Positions 15,201-28,968 of a stretch of DNA of 64,000 bases are shown one piece after another. This DNA is from Mizuhopecten yessoensis. Its lineage: Eukaryota. A program made the translations under genes and the position numbers. The DNA lies in contig NW_018408744.1 of the NCBI RefSeq assembly GCF_002113885.1, forward strand, positions 59,965 to 123,964, in the 5' to 3' direction. The number at the start of each line of letters is the position of its first letter. Within the stretch, counting starts at the first letter, position 1. The notes under the pieces are model-generated. The model had not been told where the DNA came from. It was given only the letters and a program-made list of their open reading frames with translations, and made no database searches.

Positions 15201-16488
15201 TTTCTTTTGATAGGATGTATAAATCATTCGTAAAATGGTAGGAATATTTAATCAAACTACAGGTGCACATCCCACGCACCCAGTGTACCTGTTCAACAAT
15301 ATCATAAAAAGGAAGTAGGAAAGGGAATTAAGTATTACCCACTAAGGAGGTTTGTTGGACAAGGTAATGTGGTCTCTCTCATCATATACTGAGAGAGGGT
15401 TTGGTATCGAGGTTGTCTCTCATTCATTACTTTAGAAAACGTTTAAATGTTCAAAGCAAGGTTGCCTCTCGGATGAATTACATTGTAATTATAGAGGGTT
15501 GCCTGTATAAGGCACATATGTCTCTTAGATAATTACTTAAGGAGGGTTCGACTGTACAAGACAAAACAAATCAAACTGCCTCTCAATTGAAGGATAAGTG
15601 GAGCTCTGACTGTAAAGAGTAATGTTTAATTTCACTTTGCTCATTGACAGTGTGACTAGTGAAAACATACCTTATTGGAATAAGCTGCATTGTGGTTTTA
15701 TGGGTTATCCAAGTTAAAAACTAATTTAATCAATTCAATCCTCAGTGTGATCTAATACGACTGTGATATTTCTATAATCCAAGTTCCGTTTAGTAATGTG
15801 ATATAATAAGTAATGTTACCATTTACAAGACTAGATATTGTTATTATTATTGATTGCTACTGTGTACATGACTACACAATGCAGGGTTGATTCTCATATG
15901 ACTCCTTGCTTGTGTGAATACACAAAGAAGTCGTCAGAATATTTATTATTTATACTTAATAAATAAGTAGCATTCATATTCTTTGGAATATATACGATAA
16001 CTCTGGCGGTTGTGGACACGCAACAGACACAGCTCACGGTGAACAATGAGGTACATATTCTGTCAGGTTTCCAACGAAGTGTCCATCGGAATTCCCAATG
16101 AGTTAACATCAGAATTCCCAATGAGTTAACATCATGATTCCCAATGAGGTAATATCAGAATTCCAAATAATGTAAACATCAGGATTGTAACGAAGTAAAC
16201 ACCAAGATTTCAAAGAGGTACACGTAAGGATTTTCGATGGGATAGATATATTTGTGATAAGATTTCACAAGGCTTACCTTTGATGTGCCTGACCCTGTTT
16301 GGGTGAGGATTATGGCGAGTGAAGAACGAGTTCTGGCTGAGCTGGCCGAATCGGTATCCTCCATTGGTAGAAGGGCGACTTCCAAGCTTCCTAAAACTGT
16401 CAACGGACGCCATGAAACCTTCGTCGACGGGACCTGGCCGCGCAATTAAATCTCCGTTTGATGGTCGAAACACTTCCGACTGGCTCAT
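5973..16488 (-). CDS. TBATA: TBATA (SPATIAL/C10orf27)-like protein, 7 coding exons, ~434 aa
   Basis: Manual join complement(5973..6211,8688..8782,9234..9402,10111..10192,10592..10854,12937..13182,16278..16488) = 1305 nt. All introns are GT-AG with matching phases (1,1,0,1,2,1) and there are no stops. It has TBATA-family blocks in the expected order: [85 protein letters not shown]. Confidence 0.88.
8688..8782 (-). CDS. TBATA: TBATA-like coding exon 6 (LILEDNGVPGEPQ...ITDQD)
   Basis: GC-rich island with acceptor gttacag| and donor GATG|gtggg. 95 nt; phase 2-1 links exons 5 and 7. Confidence 0.75.
9234..9402 (-). CDS. TBATA: TBATA-like coding exon 5 (EKTMVMDMIKAAM...ERTID)
   Basis: Acceptor attttag|, donor ACAG|gtatg, 169 nt, phase 1-2. 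Confidence 0.83.
9441..9690. repeat. 43-bp minisatellite, ~6 copies, intronic
   Basis: Unit cttctctatagaaatacccatagagatgctatttatgctatgt starts at 9441, 9484, 9527, 9570, 9613 and 9656. Confidence 0.92.
10111..10192 (-). CDS. TBATA: TBATA-like coding exon 4 ([27 protein letters not shown])
   Basis: Acceptor ttgtgtag|, donor CGAG|gtata, 82 nt. Conserved LCQIL..WL block; too short to appear in the ORF track. Confidence 0.87.
10592..10854 (-). CDS. TBATA: TBATA-like coding exon 3 (VPVTEAWRDEL...QPDMESM)
   Basis: Acceptor attcag|, donor ATG|gtgag, 263 nt. Contains [10 protein letters not shown]. Confidence 0.88.
11091..11431. mobile_element. MITE-like element with imperfect terminal inverted repeats
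   Basis: cctcagcaaaggtttatccggta (from 11091) is an imperfect reverse complement of tactcggataacccctgctcagg (to 11431). No internal ORF. Confidence 0.5.
12937..13182 (-). CDS. TBATA: TBATA-like coding exon 2 ([12 protein letters not shown]...PKVGM)
   Basis: Acceptor ttttacag|, donor ATGG|gtgag, 246 nt, phase 1-1. Confidence 0.87.
16089..16186. repeat. 23-bp tandem repeat, ~4 copies
   Basis: gaattcccaatgagttaacatca repeated. Confidence 0.85.
16278..16488 (-). CDS. TBATA: TBATA-like coding exon 1 (MSQSEV...RVRHIK)
   Basis: Acceptor tttcag|G lies 1 nt before the ATG, so an upstream non-coding exon should exist. Donor AAAG|gtaag at 16278/16277. Confidence 0.88.
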
Positions 16489-16874
16489 CCTGAAACAACA
16501 GAAAACATTAACACATTAGAGAACATATATTATGTAAGCTATATTGTACCAGAGAAAGACTTCAACCACAAGTAACTATCGTGATATTCATAGGTCTAAT
16601 CAGCAGGGGTACAACCAAAACAGCAGGAAGTGTTGTCACCGTGTATCTGTGGTAATATCGACACATAAAATAATATGCCGTGCGTTTTACCTGAAATAGC
16701 ATATCTTACCTGTGATGCATATCGATTAAACGTAGGAAATCATGTAACATTAGCCAGCCTTACTAATTACATGTTAGTTGACCTGACTTCTTGACTATGT
16801 ATATCACCTATTCTTACAATGTACACGACTAATAGGTCTAGGCGCCGAAGTTGTTTTTTGTAAGCCGGTATCTA

Positions 16875-17740
16875 ATATCAATTTGTCAATATGTGTACAC
16901 CGGAAAATGTCAATTTCTGAATGTGTATAACACTGGAAAATGTCAATTTGTCAATGTGTATACAACTTACTTATATTGATTTGTCCATGTGTATACAACT
17001 TGCTAATGTCAATTTGTCAATGTTTATACCACTGACTACTGTAAATTTGTCCATATATATACCACTGACTATCGTCAATTTGTCCATGTGTATACAACTT
17101 GCTAATGTTATTTGTCCATGTTTATACCACTGGCTACTGTCAATTTGTCCACATGTATCCCATTGGCTAATGTCAGTTTGTCCACATGTAAACCACTGGC
17201 TAACGTCAATTTGTCCATATGTATACCACTGGCTAATGTCAATTTGTCCATATGAATACCACTGGCTAATGTCAGTTTGTTCATGTGTATACCACTGGCT
17301 AATGTCAATTTGTCCATATGAATACCACTGGCTAATGTCAGTTTGTTCATGTGTATACCACTGGCTAATGTCAATTTGTCCATATGTATCCCATTAGCTA
17401 ATGTCAGTTTGTCCATATGTAAACCACTGGCTAATGTCAATTTATCCAAATGTTTACCACTGGCTAATGTCAATTTGTCCATATGTATACCACTGGCAAA
17501 TGTCAATTTGTTCATGTGNGTGTATACCACTGGCAAATGTCAATTTGTTAATGTGTTTACCACTGACTAATGTCATTTGTCCATATGCATACCACTGGCT
17601 AATGTCAATTTGTCGATGTGTATACAACTGGCTTATGCTGATTTGTCAATGTGTATATCACCGGCTTATGTTTGTGGCAAATTGTATAAAGTTGGTCAAT
17701 GCAAATATGCCAAAGTATATACCCACTGACCAATGCCGAT
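16875..17740. repeat. 33-bp minisatellite, ~25 copies
   Basis: Unit tgtataccactggctaatgtcaatttgtccatg, degenerate at both edges. Contains an N at 17519. Confidence 0.93.
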
Positions 17741-18380
17741 GTGGGATATTTTTATCTATATATTATTTATATACACCGACAGGTATCATTACAGAGAACC
17801 ATGCTTAATTGCTAAAACAAACTAGCACTGCCTTTAATTCTTATTATCATGGATATGGGTTTGAATTATTTTCTGGCATTCTTTTTTTTACACCAGATGA
17901 ATGTACTCTATGTGGGGTAATCATTGTTGAGGTTGGCAATAGTCAAACACACGTAGAGAGACAATTAATATGACACGGGGCCGCCATTGATTTCGGTCAG
18001 TGTCTCTGATCGCAGTTACCTCTAGTACAACATCTCGCCGCTCAGACCTATTATGACTAGGGCTGATGCATATTTGATCGTCTCTATATACAAAAGTACA
18101 CCTCTGGCAGTGTTTGCCAGTGAGGTCCGAGACGAGACGAAGTAGTATCATCCAATCAATAAACCTTTATTATCTTAGGTGACTTTGAAATCGCAATAAT
18201 TATCTGGGGTTCGTCTAGATGTACACAGATCTGTCATCTGTAAAACGATAAAAATAGCACACGGTATCTTCTATCACTCTATCATTGTGACCAGAGCATC
18301 GAGAAAGCGAAATTCAAGACATTAATTGTTCAAATGTCGTGAATTTGTATAACATATTGATCAAATGTCTTTAATGTTTA

Positions 18381-18500
18381 ACGTTATTTTCAGAGGATGT
18401 CAACGTATAACGTTTCGTTCAAAGGATGTCAGTTTATGACGTTATTTTCATAGGATGTCAATATATGACGTTGCTTTCACTGGATATCAAAGCTACGACA
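18381..18500. repeat. 29-bp degenerate tandem repeat, ~4 copies
   Basis: acgttattttcagaggatgtcaa... recurs with period 29. Confidence 0.75.
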
Positions 18501-20160
18501 CAAGACAGTCAGTCATGTTTTTACTAAGCCATTAACAGTGTATTATAGTTCTGAAATGCTTCGATAATAGTGCATGCTCGATTCAACACACCGATTTATA
18601 TAGTGGCTAACATGGTGTTCATTCTATATGTAAAAAACCAAGCGTAAATCCGATTTCATAATTGAATAATCTGGCCGGTGTTCAGATTATATACAATCGT
18701 CTGAATGGTGACCTTTAACTCGAAGCACGAGTATAACAATGGCGACATACCGAGAACAAGAGACGAGGTTGATATACGATCAAAAAGAAGTTTTCCGCCC
18801 CACTGCTAACGATTCTGATCACAATTATTAGAGCAATTTGATGGAGTTTGGAGATTGTTTACACATGCCTAAAGGGTGATACTTTTGTTCCAAGGCTCGA
18901 TAGTAACTGCAGAGTACATGATTGACTGGGATAGTAACACTCTTTACAGCACTGTTTGTTAGAACTAAACCGTTTAATCATACAACTCTTTATTACGAAT
19001 ACACAGACACATTAGTCATATCAAAATATCGTTTCCCCGTAGTCAACTTAATACCATTAGGATCTTCAAACAAATCACCCTATTTATTTCGAAAGATATA
19101 TTTAGATTTAGATCATTCAGATATGTCTAAATTACTTTTTGATAAAAAATAATTTAAAAAATCTATTCGGCAAAAAATCAATGCATTTGTTATGTGTAAT
19201 ATGTACGCTACGTTAACACGTTATGTTACTTCAGTAGGTACCTTGATGTGGAGTAGTTTACACTATTAAATGTAGTAACATATATTGTGGTGTTTTATTT
19301 TATTGATCTTCGTAATTGTCGTTTCAATTTATAAATATACACCAAATCCACATACGACTTCCACGTGGCCACACTGTCACCTTTTGATGTAAATATGGTA
19401 CCTTATAACTACTCTGAACTGGTTTGGTCATTAAACGTTTCGGTTTTACAGTATATGAAATATTCCTATATCCGATTACTGATAAAGATTACCCCAAATC
19501 CATTTATTCTATGAATTTAAATCTCAGAGTCCAATATGTAATTCATTTTTAATGTAATAATCAGATAAGTTTAAATGTAAGTCTTGCGTCAACTGTTTTC
19601 ATCGCCTTAACGGATAGATAGGATCCGCGCATTTTCAATGAGCTCTTCAGATAGCAATTCATAGCTCTGGTGTCAATCATACGTTTTATACATGGTTACT
19701 ATTAAAAAATATTGAAATGTCATGACTTTGCCATGATTCACACGACGGATCACGGTAAAGATTGTGTGAGCGTATTGATTCCAGTTTTCCCTCAGACATA
19801 GACATGTCAATATCATTATTGTAATCCAAATTGAACTTAACTTATCTTTATTATCCGAAGTTAAGCATGCTTTGAAGACTTAAAAACATATTGAGTATAT
19901 GATAAGAAATGATTGAAACCAACAATATAAGATTTAAGGAGAATTGTTTAATTATTTCGCCAAACAATGAATTTAACATACAGAAGATTATTACATATTT
20001 TAGCAATTACCGGGCTGTTATATTTGAGTTTGATATCATTACAATGTATCGACATCGGAGTGTTATATATAATACCAATAATGGAATGTTTACAAATATT
20101 ACCAATATCTGATAAAATGCTACTGCGTGACCCCTTCCTCCAACACAAAAACGCTTGTAC

Positions 20161-20375
20161 GTCTCCGGAGATATAACACTGATTGACACGCTAATGTCTC
20201 CGGAGATATAACACTAATTGACACGCTTATGTCTCCGGAGATATACACTAATTGACACGCTAATGTTTCCGGAGATATACACTAATTGACACGCTAATGT
20301 CTCCGGAGATATAACACTGATTGACACGCTAATATCTCCGGAGATATAACACTGATTGAAAACGCTAATGTTTCC
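20161..20375. repeat. 35-bp minisatellite, ~6 copies
   Basis: Unit gtctccggagatataacactgattgacacgctaat. Confidence 0.92.
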
Positions 20376-20694
20376 CCCTTGATTTCTAAAATTGATGTCA
20401 TTGTTTTGCTGTAAAGCACCAGATATTATGTGACATAATTATAATCATGGGGCGTGGCAGTACTCATCTAAGGACATATAAGTGTTGATCGTATAAGTCC
20501 CTCCTAGCTTCCAATAGGATTTCAATAAACTAAATCTGGCACACTAGTTATTACGGTGGCCATTTAAATTTGAGAGCGCTGAAGGTTCAATCTCTTCACA
20601 AAATGACAAGATCAATTGGTACGATTTTTATTCAATTTTGTAGTTCAGGAATTGTTTTTTTAACAAGACAAAAGTCTCATTTGTGATGCTTTGG

Positions 20695-21090
20695 ATGTCC
20701 ATAGCAACAGAAGTGTGATTTAATGTGGATAGCAACAGCGGTGTGTATTTATGTCCATAGCAACAGAAGTGTGGACTTATGTCAATCGCAATAGCGGTGT
20801 GTTTTTATGTCCTTAGCAACAGAAGTGTGTATTAATATCCATAGCAACAGTAGTGGGTATTCATGTCCATAGCAACAAAGGTGTGTATTTATGTCCATGG
20901 CAACAGAGGTAAACAATCATAATCAAAGCTACAGTGGTGTGTATTCATGTCCATAGCAACAGAGGTGTATATTTATATCCATAGTACCACACCATACATG
21001 CATGTTTTTATGTTCATAGCGACAGAATTGTATATTAAAATCCATAGCAACAGAATTGTGTTATTCTTTCGGTGGCAGCGGTGATGTGTA
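20695..21090. repeat. 29-bp minisatellite with a CCATAGCAAC core, ~12 copies
   Basis: Unit approximately atgtccatagcaacagaagtgtgtattt. Confidence 0.88.
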
Positions 21091-21139
21091 CATGACTATA
21101 CGTTATAGATATACTCCAATAACTGTTGTATCCGTTCCC

Positions 21140-21415
21140 CGTCACAAACCCGGACTGTTTCGGAATGTATTATACGAGTTTTTACAAACCCGGAATGTTT
21201 CGGAATGTATTATACGAGTTTTCACAAACCCGGACTGTTTCGGAAAGTAATATACGAGTTTTCACAAACCCGAACTATTTTTTAATGTATTATACGAGTT
21301 TTCACAAACCCAGACTGTTTTTAAATGTATTAAACGAATTTTCAAAAACCCAGACTGATTTTTAAACGTATTATACGAGTTTTCACAAACCCAGAATGTC
21401 TCTGAATGTATGATA
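21140..21415. repeat. 40-bp minisatellite, ~6.5 copies
   Basis: Unit tttcacaaacccggactgtttcggaatgtattatacgagt. Confidence 0.92.
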
Positions 21416-22450
21416 CTATTGGGTAAACTAGTAGTAATTAACGGAAATGCATGTAACAAGAAAGCGCCATAACAGGTGAAGTCCTACTTTAAAAGGAAAC
21501 TTTGTAAGTATACGTTGACCCTTCAAACGTCTTAACTGTACAGCTGGAACACACGCTCGTAATCTCCTTCACCACAACGACGTACGTCAGTTAAATCGTA
21601 AACAAACATCGGTGGTTTGGAGTAGGAAATATCAGAAGCACTAAAATATATCCGAAAAATAGTCGTCGAGAAGTGCCGTCGGGATCGATATTGATCGGTT
21701 GGCTAAATAGCACGGACATTGTATATTTCAGTGTTAGGTTATCACCGCTCTCCCGTCGCTATCGAATTGTCAAATATTTATTTATTTCAGTTTATCGGAA
21801 TACGTATTTGACAAACGGAACACAAAGATATGGCACGAGAATTGGACAAAGCCGTCTGTTTGGTCACAGAGGGGTTATGGCACCAGTCGGTGTGCTTGCC
21901 TTTAACTCTAATCATATATAATGTTGCTAATTCTGTTGCAAATACGCCGTATATCAATTTGTTTACAAAATATCGATTAAAAAGTTTTATATAGCATCTT
22001 TGAACGTATATCAATGAATAATGTTTAATTGTTTTGATAATTTTGCTCGTCGTAAAAACGTCCGTTAGTACAACAAGGAGTGTTCACAGCAAACAATATC
22101 TATATATCTATACAAGAATATCCAGGCGCGTACGTACACGAAGCCAGCGTATTTATCTGGTAGACCTCAGAACAAGTCATAGCCAAAGACTGGAGTAGGG
22201 GTTGGGCTTAATTTGGGGTTGCCCCAATCTCCTCCAAACGAAGGTTGGTGCAAGGTCATTATAAGAAAATATAGAACCTTTCTGGTGTGTTTAAATGGAC
22301 AACATTCTTGGATTTGCACCTCTACAGTGTTGTGTTCTGTTATAACATAATAGTTTATTCAAAGTGTACTATTTTGTCAAGATGTTATGAACAGGGTAAA
22401 TCAAAACTGTCATAATCAGAATGTTTATGGGTGGCTGAGGACGATTTGAG

Positions 22451-22632
22451 TTTTCATACAGGGTCGCATCTGTCTCTTTATACGAAGATTCACCAAGCGA
22501 TGGCCGTATATTTCATACAAGGTCGTATCTGTCTCTTCACACGAAGATTCACCAAGCGATGGACGTATATTTCATACAAGGTCGTATCTGTCTCTTCACA
22601 CGAAGATTCACCAAGCGATGGACGTATATTTC
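22451..22632. repeat. 59-bp tandem repeat, 3 copies
   Basis: Unit tttcatacaaggtcgtatctgtctcttcacacgaagattcaccaagcgatggacgtata. Confidence 0.9.
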
Positions 22633-23400
22633 GGCAACTCTGGATTCAAGAACATAAGGATCCACATCGAAATATATGTGAGCATATAACAGTACCAGCA
22701 ACGACAGTCACACTGCGTCGTCAACCCAAAACGTTCAGCTGAGATTAATGGCATACAAAGGAGTACCTCCAGACATAGGTTTGCATTAGAACACAATCAA
22801 GGTTCGTTGGTAGATGTTATGGTGTCACGAAGACCAGCTGGCTTGTTTCTATAAGCATTGTCCCATCAAACATTTCTTAACCCGATTTCCGCATTCAATT
22901 GCATCCTGTCTCCAGCAGGAATATTAGCACCGTGGGAGGCTTACAGGTGTAAATGCTTCGTTCGTGTCTAGATAATCATCATTTCGTTCTACACTAAGAT
23001 ATTCTTTGACAAATTCTAGGAGATTGATCTAATGGTTGTGTTTTGTCCAACAACAAGTTGTTGAGTTGTTGAAGGATATGCTCAGCTGTGATAAGGGAGG
23101 TAATGACAACGAGTTGTTCGATGGACATGGCATACTCTCTAGGTTTAGGGAGTATTACCTCCGTCACCTTAGTCACCTTTACCCTACAATAACTTGACGA
23201 CAACAGTCCTCAACCCGGCCAAACCAGACTGTTTCTCAGAGGTTCTTCAGATTTGTCTTCCTGCCCATAGCAGTCGTTGCTTCATTATCATTTTTCCAAA
23301 CATTGTTCAAAATTCAGAATACGTCTTGAGGGCAAATGCGGTTGATTTCGTATACCATCATGTTTCTGATGTGAGCTTCTTTGAAATAATGTACGATCGA
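22632..23400. mobile_element. Heavily decayed non-LTR (RTE-like) reverse transcriptase fragments
   Basis: Plus strand 22632-22810 reads, with frameshifts, EHIT..VTL..STQNVQLRL..DIGLH*NTIK, like the region around and after YADD. Minus strand ~23400-23050 reads WYTKSTAFALK..IMKQRLLWAG..EEPLRNSLVWP..SIEQLV, like the RTE C-terminal RRLRWAGH region. Recognised by eye only. Confidence 0.35.
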
Positions 23401-24859
23401 TAGATTCGATTAAGGGGCTCAACAATAGCCAACGGAACACGTTATCGAATACGTACTACTCACCTGGGTTGATCATATCGGCGGCAGTATCCTATGAGCA
23501 TATCATTGATCATGTACTTGAATAGAGAGACTCCGATTCTTCAAACGCGCACGAAATAGTTTTAGCTAATTTTGTCTTAGGATATATCTATCTGTTTTAT
23601 AACAGATATACGTTTACACACAGTAAAAAGATACATGTAGAAAAGTCATAATTATAATTCCTTTTATATCGCTATACAATCGAGAAATCCAATGGAAATT
23701 GCAATTACATATACGAGTTAAATATGCACATGAAAATGTCATCTGGGATCGCAAACACAACTAACAAAAATGATTGTAAAAGTAGCAACATTTCAGTTTT
23801 ATAGCAGAAAAATAAAGTACCACAGCTTTAAATGAATTCAACAATTATCTGGGATACTTGAATCCTTTAAGTTAATTTTGCTAACAAAATAAGAGCGTAA
23901 TTTGGCATTTATTTTTACATTGAAGTGACAAAGATATTGTATATGAACTTTAACACAAAGTGAGGTATATTTTGTTAAATTTGCTTAAATATACAAGCAC
24001 TAAACAGATATATTATAATTCTAATAGCCCAACAGTAAATATCGCCATAGACACTTAATAGGAAACGAATATTTTTCTATGATAGGTTTTTCTATTTTTG
24101 TATTAAAACATACACTGGGAATATAATTTATTTCACATTAATCAATAAGTTTGTCATTTAAATTTACCATTTATTTGAACGTTTACCAATTAAAAACAAA
24201 CTAGGTCGTAATGATTTCGATAAAACGTGAACTGAAATTAGCTGTCCTCTTTACATCAGCTGTGTGTGAATTTAAACGTTTCTATATCACACTGAAAATC
24301 TGCCCTATTGAAATAGAAACGAGACCCTAGTTTGGAGTAGCGGAATAATCAATTGCTATGATGTGAATTGACTCATAATCGACAGTTCCATGATTTCATA
24401 TCTTCAAATAAAATGAATTACTTTTATTTTAAGATTTTCGATATAACTTCTAAAGATTTCTATGATTGTCATAAATAATGTCCAAAATATACATTCCAAG
24501 CCTATAAACCCCCAGAACAAACTGAACTGATAAGTCTCGACGAAATATAGCCATGGCCAAATTAATGATTAGCGTTACTGTGACTCATGTTTTAATATAC
24601 ATTTATAACCACAAATACATTTTTAAGTACATAAACATTTATAACGACATGTAAAGACAGCCCATAACCCCGCATGCTTAACTACAGCAAATAACAGTTA
24701 TAAAATATATATATATCATGTAAATAATGCAGTGTTACCGTAAGGACTTCTGTTGCAATTTTGGTATTGGTGTTGTAGTTTCAGAGTTATATGTATTTTG
24801 TACTTTAGTGTTAGGATTTTTTATGTAATTTTCGTGTTATAACTTAGATGTATGTTGTA

Positions 24860-25115
24860 GATTTAGTGTTTTGTCTTTGTGTTACAGTTTTAGTGTTTTG
24901 TCTTTGTGTTACAGATTTAGTGTTTTGTCTTTGTGTTACAGTTTTAGTATTTTGCCTTTGTGTTACAGTTTTAGTGTTTTGCCTTTGTGTTACAGTTTTA
25001 ATGTTTTGTCTTTGTGTTACAGTTTTAGTGTTTTGCCTTTGTGTTACAGTTTTAGTGTTTTGCCTTGGTGTTACAGTTTTAGTGTTTTGCCTTTGTGTTA
25101 CAGTTTTAGTGTTTC
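24860..25115. repeat. 27-bp minisatellite, ~9-10 copies
   Basis: Unit gtgttacagttttagtgttttgccttt. Confidence 0.92.
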
Positions 25116-28100
25116 AAATTCTGTTGTAGTTTTGGTGTTATACCTTGTGTTGTGTAACCATGCTTTATATTATTGTTTTTATCGATTCAACAATAATAAA
25201 GATAATTGTAAGAAGTTATTACAAACGTTAAACAATGATTATATATGAGTATTCAACGAGCATTCACATTACTCTGTTTACATCATATAGTTTAACCGTT
25301 AAATTATTGTTATACAAAATATAACTAGATAAAAGCATATCTAAGTGGTCCACTAGCCCAGTTTGCTTGCTGTCAATATATGCTTTCGTCATACAATTGT
25401 AATTAGCTCCCTTTTCTAGCACAGTCTAGTCATTCCCTCTAGCTCATTAACCATTATTACACGTGCATATTAAACAAGTATAAAACCATTGTGAATGAAA
25501 CGACATCGACAACTTTATCTTACCGTAGTTTCTCTTAATGATTCCAAGCGTATTAAATGATTTCATGACCAGGACATATTTAACACAGCATTCATAGTGG
25601 GAGTGAGCAACAGGAATTGTCTAATGAGGAGGAACCAGTCTACGTATGATAAATGATGTCGATGTGTTTCATTACAATGGTTGTCAGTAATAAATTGGTA
25701 AATGATAATCTTACCACTGCCAGGAAACAAATATTCTACAAACAAAAGAGTTAAATACTATGTATATAATATAACAATGTATAAAAGACAAATTAGGAAT
25801 GCATTTGTGACATAAAATCCTGTAAATTACATGTTACCAACATCAGAAGTACGATGGTATTCCGGCTAATTCAGACACGCTGTAAGACAAAAACAAACAA
25901 AAACGAAAATATTGTGTCATTATTCCCGATACATTGCTGGAATCACAACACAAATTTCCATCCAACATGATAACAGAATGTCAAATAAAAGCACGAGGTA
26001 TGTTTACACTTACACATACTATGCGCCATCCTTTAAATACATCACCGAGGGAAACACATAATGAATTCACTGAAAGGTATTATATAAAAATACCTTACTT
26101 GAGAGCAATATCTTACTAAAGATGTACAAGTTTACTTACATCTACCAAACAGTCAGTTGAATACGTCGTTATGATTTGGGATAACTGCTTATGGCAGAAC
26201 AAAAACGTTTAAAACTCCATACAAATTAAGGCTTGTATTACACCTTGACTACATCAGGGAAAATCACATGAATATTTACACAATGGGCTTGTATTTGGAA
26301 ATGTTCAAAGCAGACAGGAAAAAGGTTAACGGATATTTTTGTATAAAATGTTTCATACATTTCAAATATATTGTGAAAGAATATTAATAAGCTAGTTACA
26401 AATGAACTCATTGGGGACACTTAGAGCGTTAAATAAGGCAATATACAACTGTGGCCATAATAATGTCTTACCACCTGTCGCGAATTTATAAATTCAGCGA
26501 TAAAATTATAAATGCACCATTTGTTGAAATATTCTTAAAACATTAAATATGTATATTCATAGAAAAAAAATGCAAATAATACGTTGTGAAATGGTTCAAA
26601 ATAATTCATTGGTGCAATGCATAAATATATCCTACTTAATGTGACTAAACTCTTCAAAAGCAAGAAGAAGGTCTGAACCTTTTATATCCTTAAGTGTATT
26701 AATTGCTAGTTGTAATCTTAATAGACTAATGGTATATATATGAGCGCAAACCCTGCAGGAGGGAGAGAGAACACACACGTAATGGATTTGATTATGCCCA
26801 GCAGACCTGTGTAAGGAACACTGATGACTAAATACTTTTTTTCTCAGACATTATTCCTTAATACTCAATAATATTCCAAAGTCTACTATGTCAGGAACTC
26901 TGGGGAACTTTTACACCCTCCTCTCAGCTCCATTTGTATGTAACACAATTATTTAATTTGGTATATCATTTCAAACGTTTCACAACTAAACAAAGACATC
27001 TGATGTTAAAATATGAAAGTATGAGACCCTTGCTTACTTTAAATGACCTTATTCCATGTCTGTTACCGGATATTATTGGGATACAAAGTATTGTATTATT
27101 GATAGAACGAATGCATGATTCATGTCTTATGTCTAATCCTAGTATTTATCAATAAAATGCACTGACTCTGACTTGTTACTTGGAACTCGTGAGTATTAAA
27201 CTGTATACACCTATCCAACAGTTATACTCTATATGTTATGTACATAAGTACGTTCATCAGGATTGACCAATCAGCTTATGCAAAGTACGTGCATATGAGA
27301 CACATGTATAGAGCTCTAAGGACAGTACGGATATATGGTCCACATAAACAAACTATCGAGTGAGGTGTACACTTTCTAATACGGAATACAATCTAGCAAG
27401 CCAATACAAAATATCAAAGTGTAATTTGGGGGGATCAGCTGGGCACAAATAATAAATACTTTCTATATCTTACAAAGAGACACATAACAATATCTGATTA
27501 TATCTAATCGGTGTCAATAGGCAAAACTGACATGGCACAGACAGATTAAAACGGTTGCTTTGATAAAAAACAGTTTTCTCTTAATTAAAATCCTTGAAGT
27601 TTGCACTTGTAGTATACTCAAACACCCCTACAATGTCAGTTTGACGAGGCTAGTAAAACTTAATTAAACTGTAATACATTGATGTAACGAACAGAAATAA
27701 AATGCAAACTGTTTAACACGCTGACATAACATCAAAGAGGAATTCACACACTACAAACTCTGGAGAATACCTTAAAGTGCATGTATTCAAATGTATATTG
27801 GTTGAATTAACATCAATATTACGGCATGTATATATGGCATTTCCGTAACAAGTAAATGCTAGGTAAATATAGACATTGACTGTCGGTACATAAACCTAAT
27901 TGAGGTATAAATTACAAGCCATATACGTTATTACACCTGAAGTCCAACACTACCTTAATTACATATTACCTGTGCAAGTCAGTGCAGTAGGTATTCACTA
28001 AGTCTACGTTGGCTATCATTAACACTATCTTATACACCTAGTCTATTCCGACATAGGTGTGGACAACACTTTAATGTATTTGATACCTGTTCTGATACTT

Positions 28101-28937
28101 CGTGAAGACGACTTAACTATTACGTATATTACCTTATATACCTGTCTAGTTATTTATCTACCATAGCAATGTGGAATATAAAAGTAAGATCAATATAAAG
28201 TGTACCAAATCGTCAACACACAAAGACAAGATCTCTCGAACTGAAAAAAGCGACCATGAGCGCTAAACAAAAAAATAGCAAGGTGTTCAGGTAGGTTAAA
28301 CCTTTTCTGCACCACATGTGTCATCTGTCCTGATGTATGTGGTCAGATCGATAAAAGTAAAACGGTATTATGCATCATCATATTACTGAAACCCCATACC
28401 AGTGATGACATGTATGGATTGTGATTAGTGTGAACCAGTATGTTTGTATTGACCGACTCTATTACGTCTTCATACCACATTAAATAGTGCGTATACCCTA
28501 ACAAAAACAAAAGCGTGTACTTGAATAACCACAATTCAGTTCTCGTCTGTTTGTTAAATGTTCTTTCCTGTCACATTCCTGTGTGATATTATGGGTTTAG
28601 AAAATGTAATCCCGTGGTGATGTTATACCGAAATGATGTATGCCAACTGTCTATATGTTTAGATCTTTTCTATTAATTCACTTGACCTCAAGTATTCAAG
28701 ATGAATGTTCTACAATAATTAGGTACTGGGTATGCGATTACAGCAGCATATTTCAAAAGTGATTATTTGTTTTTGGTTTATGTAATTTATGCTGTAGTGT
28801 TGTTTCATAGTGACTGTTTACCCTTGTTATATGTTGTTATATGTAAATGTTCATGTTTCTGTATTGAAAAAGGGGCGGATTGCCCTGAAAAATTGACAAT
28901 TCCCTTTGTCTGGATTGTTGTTATTTCTTCCTTGCCC

Positions 28938-28944
<7 letters not shown>

Positions 28945-28968
<24 letters not shown>
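28945..28968. repeat. (TA)n microsatellite
   Basis: Uninterrupted TA run. Confidence 0.9.

Noticed and set aside
16921-17808. Cys/His-rich repetitive ORFs resembling zinc fingers
   Set aside because: 33-bp minisatellite translation with no true C2H2 spacing.
20161-22632. Regularly spaced 29-59 bp repeats as possible CRISPR arrays
   Set aside because: Units are head-to-tail with no unique spacers, there are no cas genes, and the context is eukaryotic with spliced genes.
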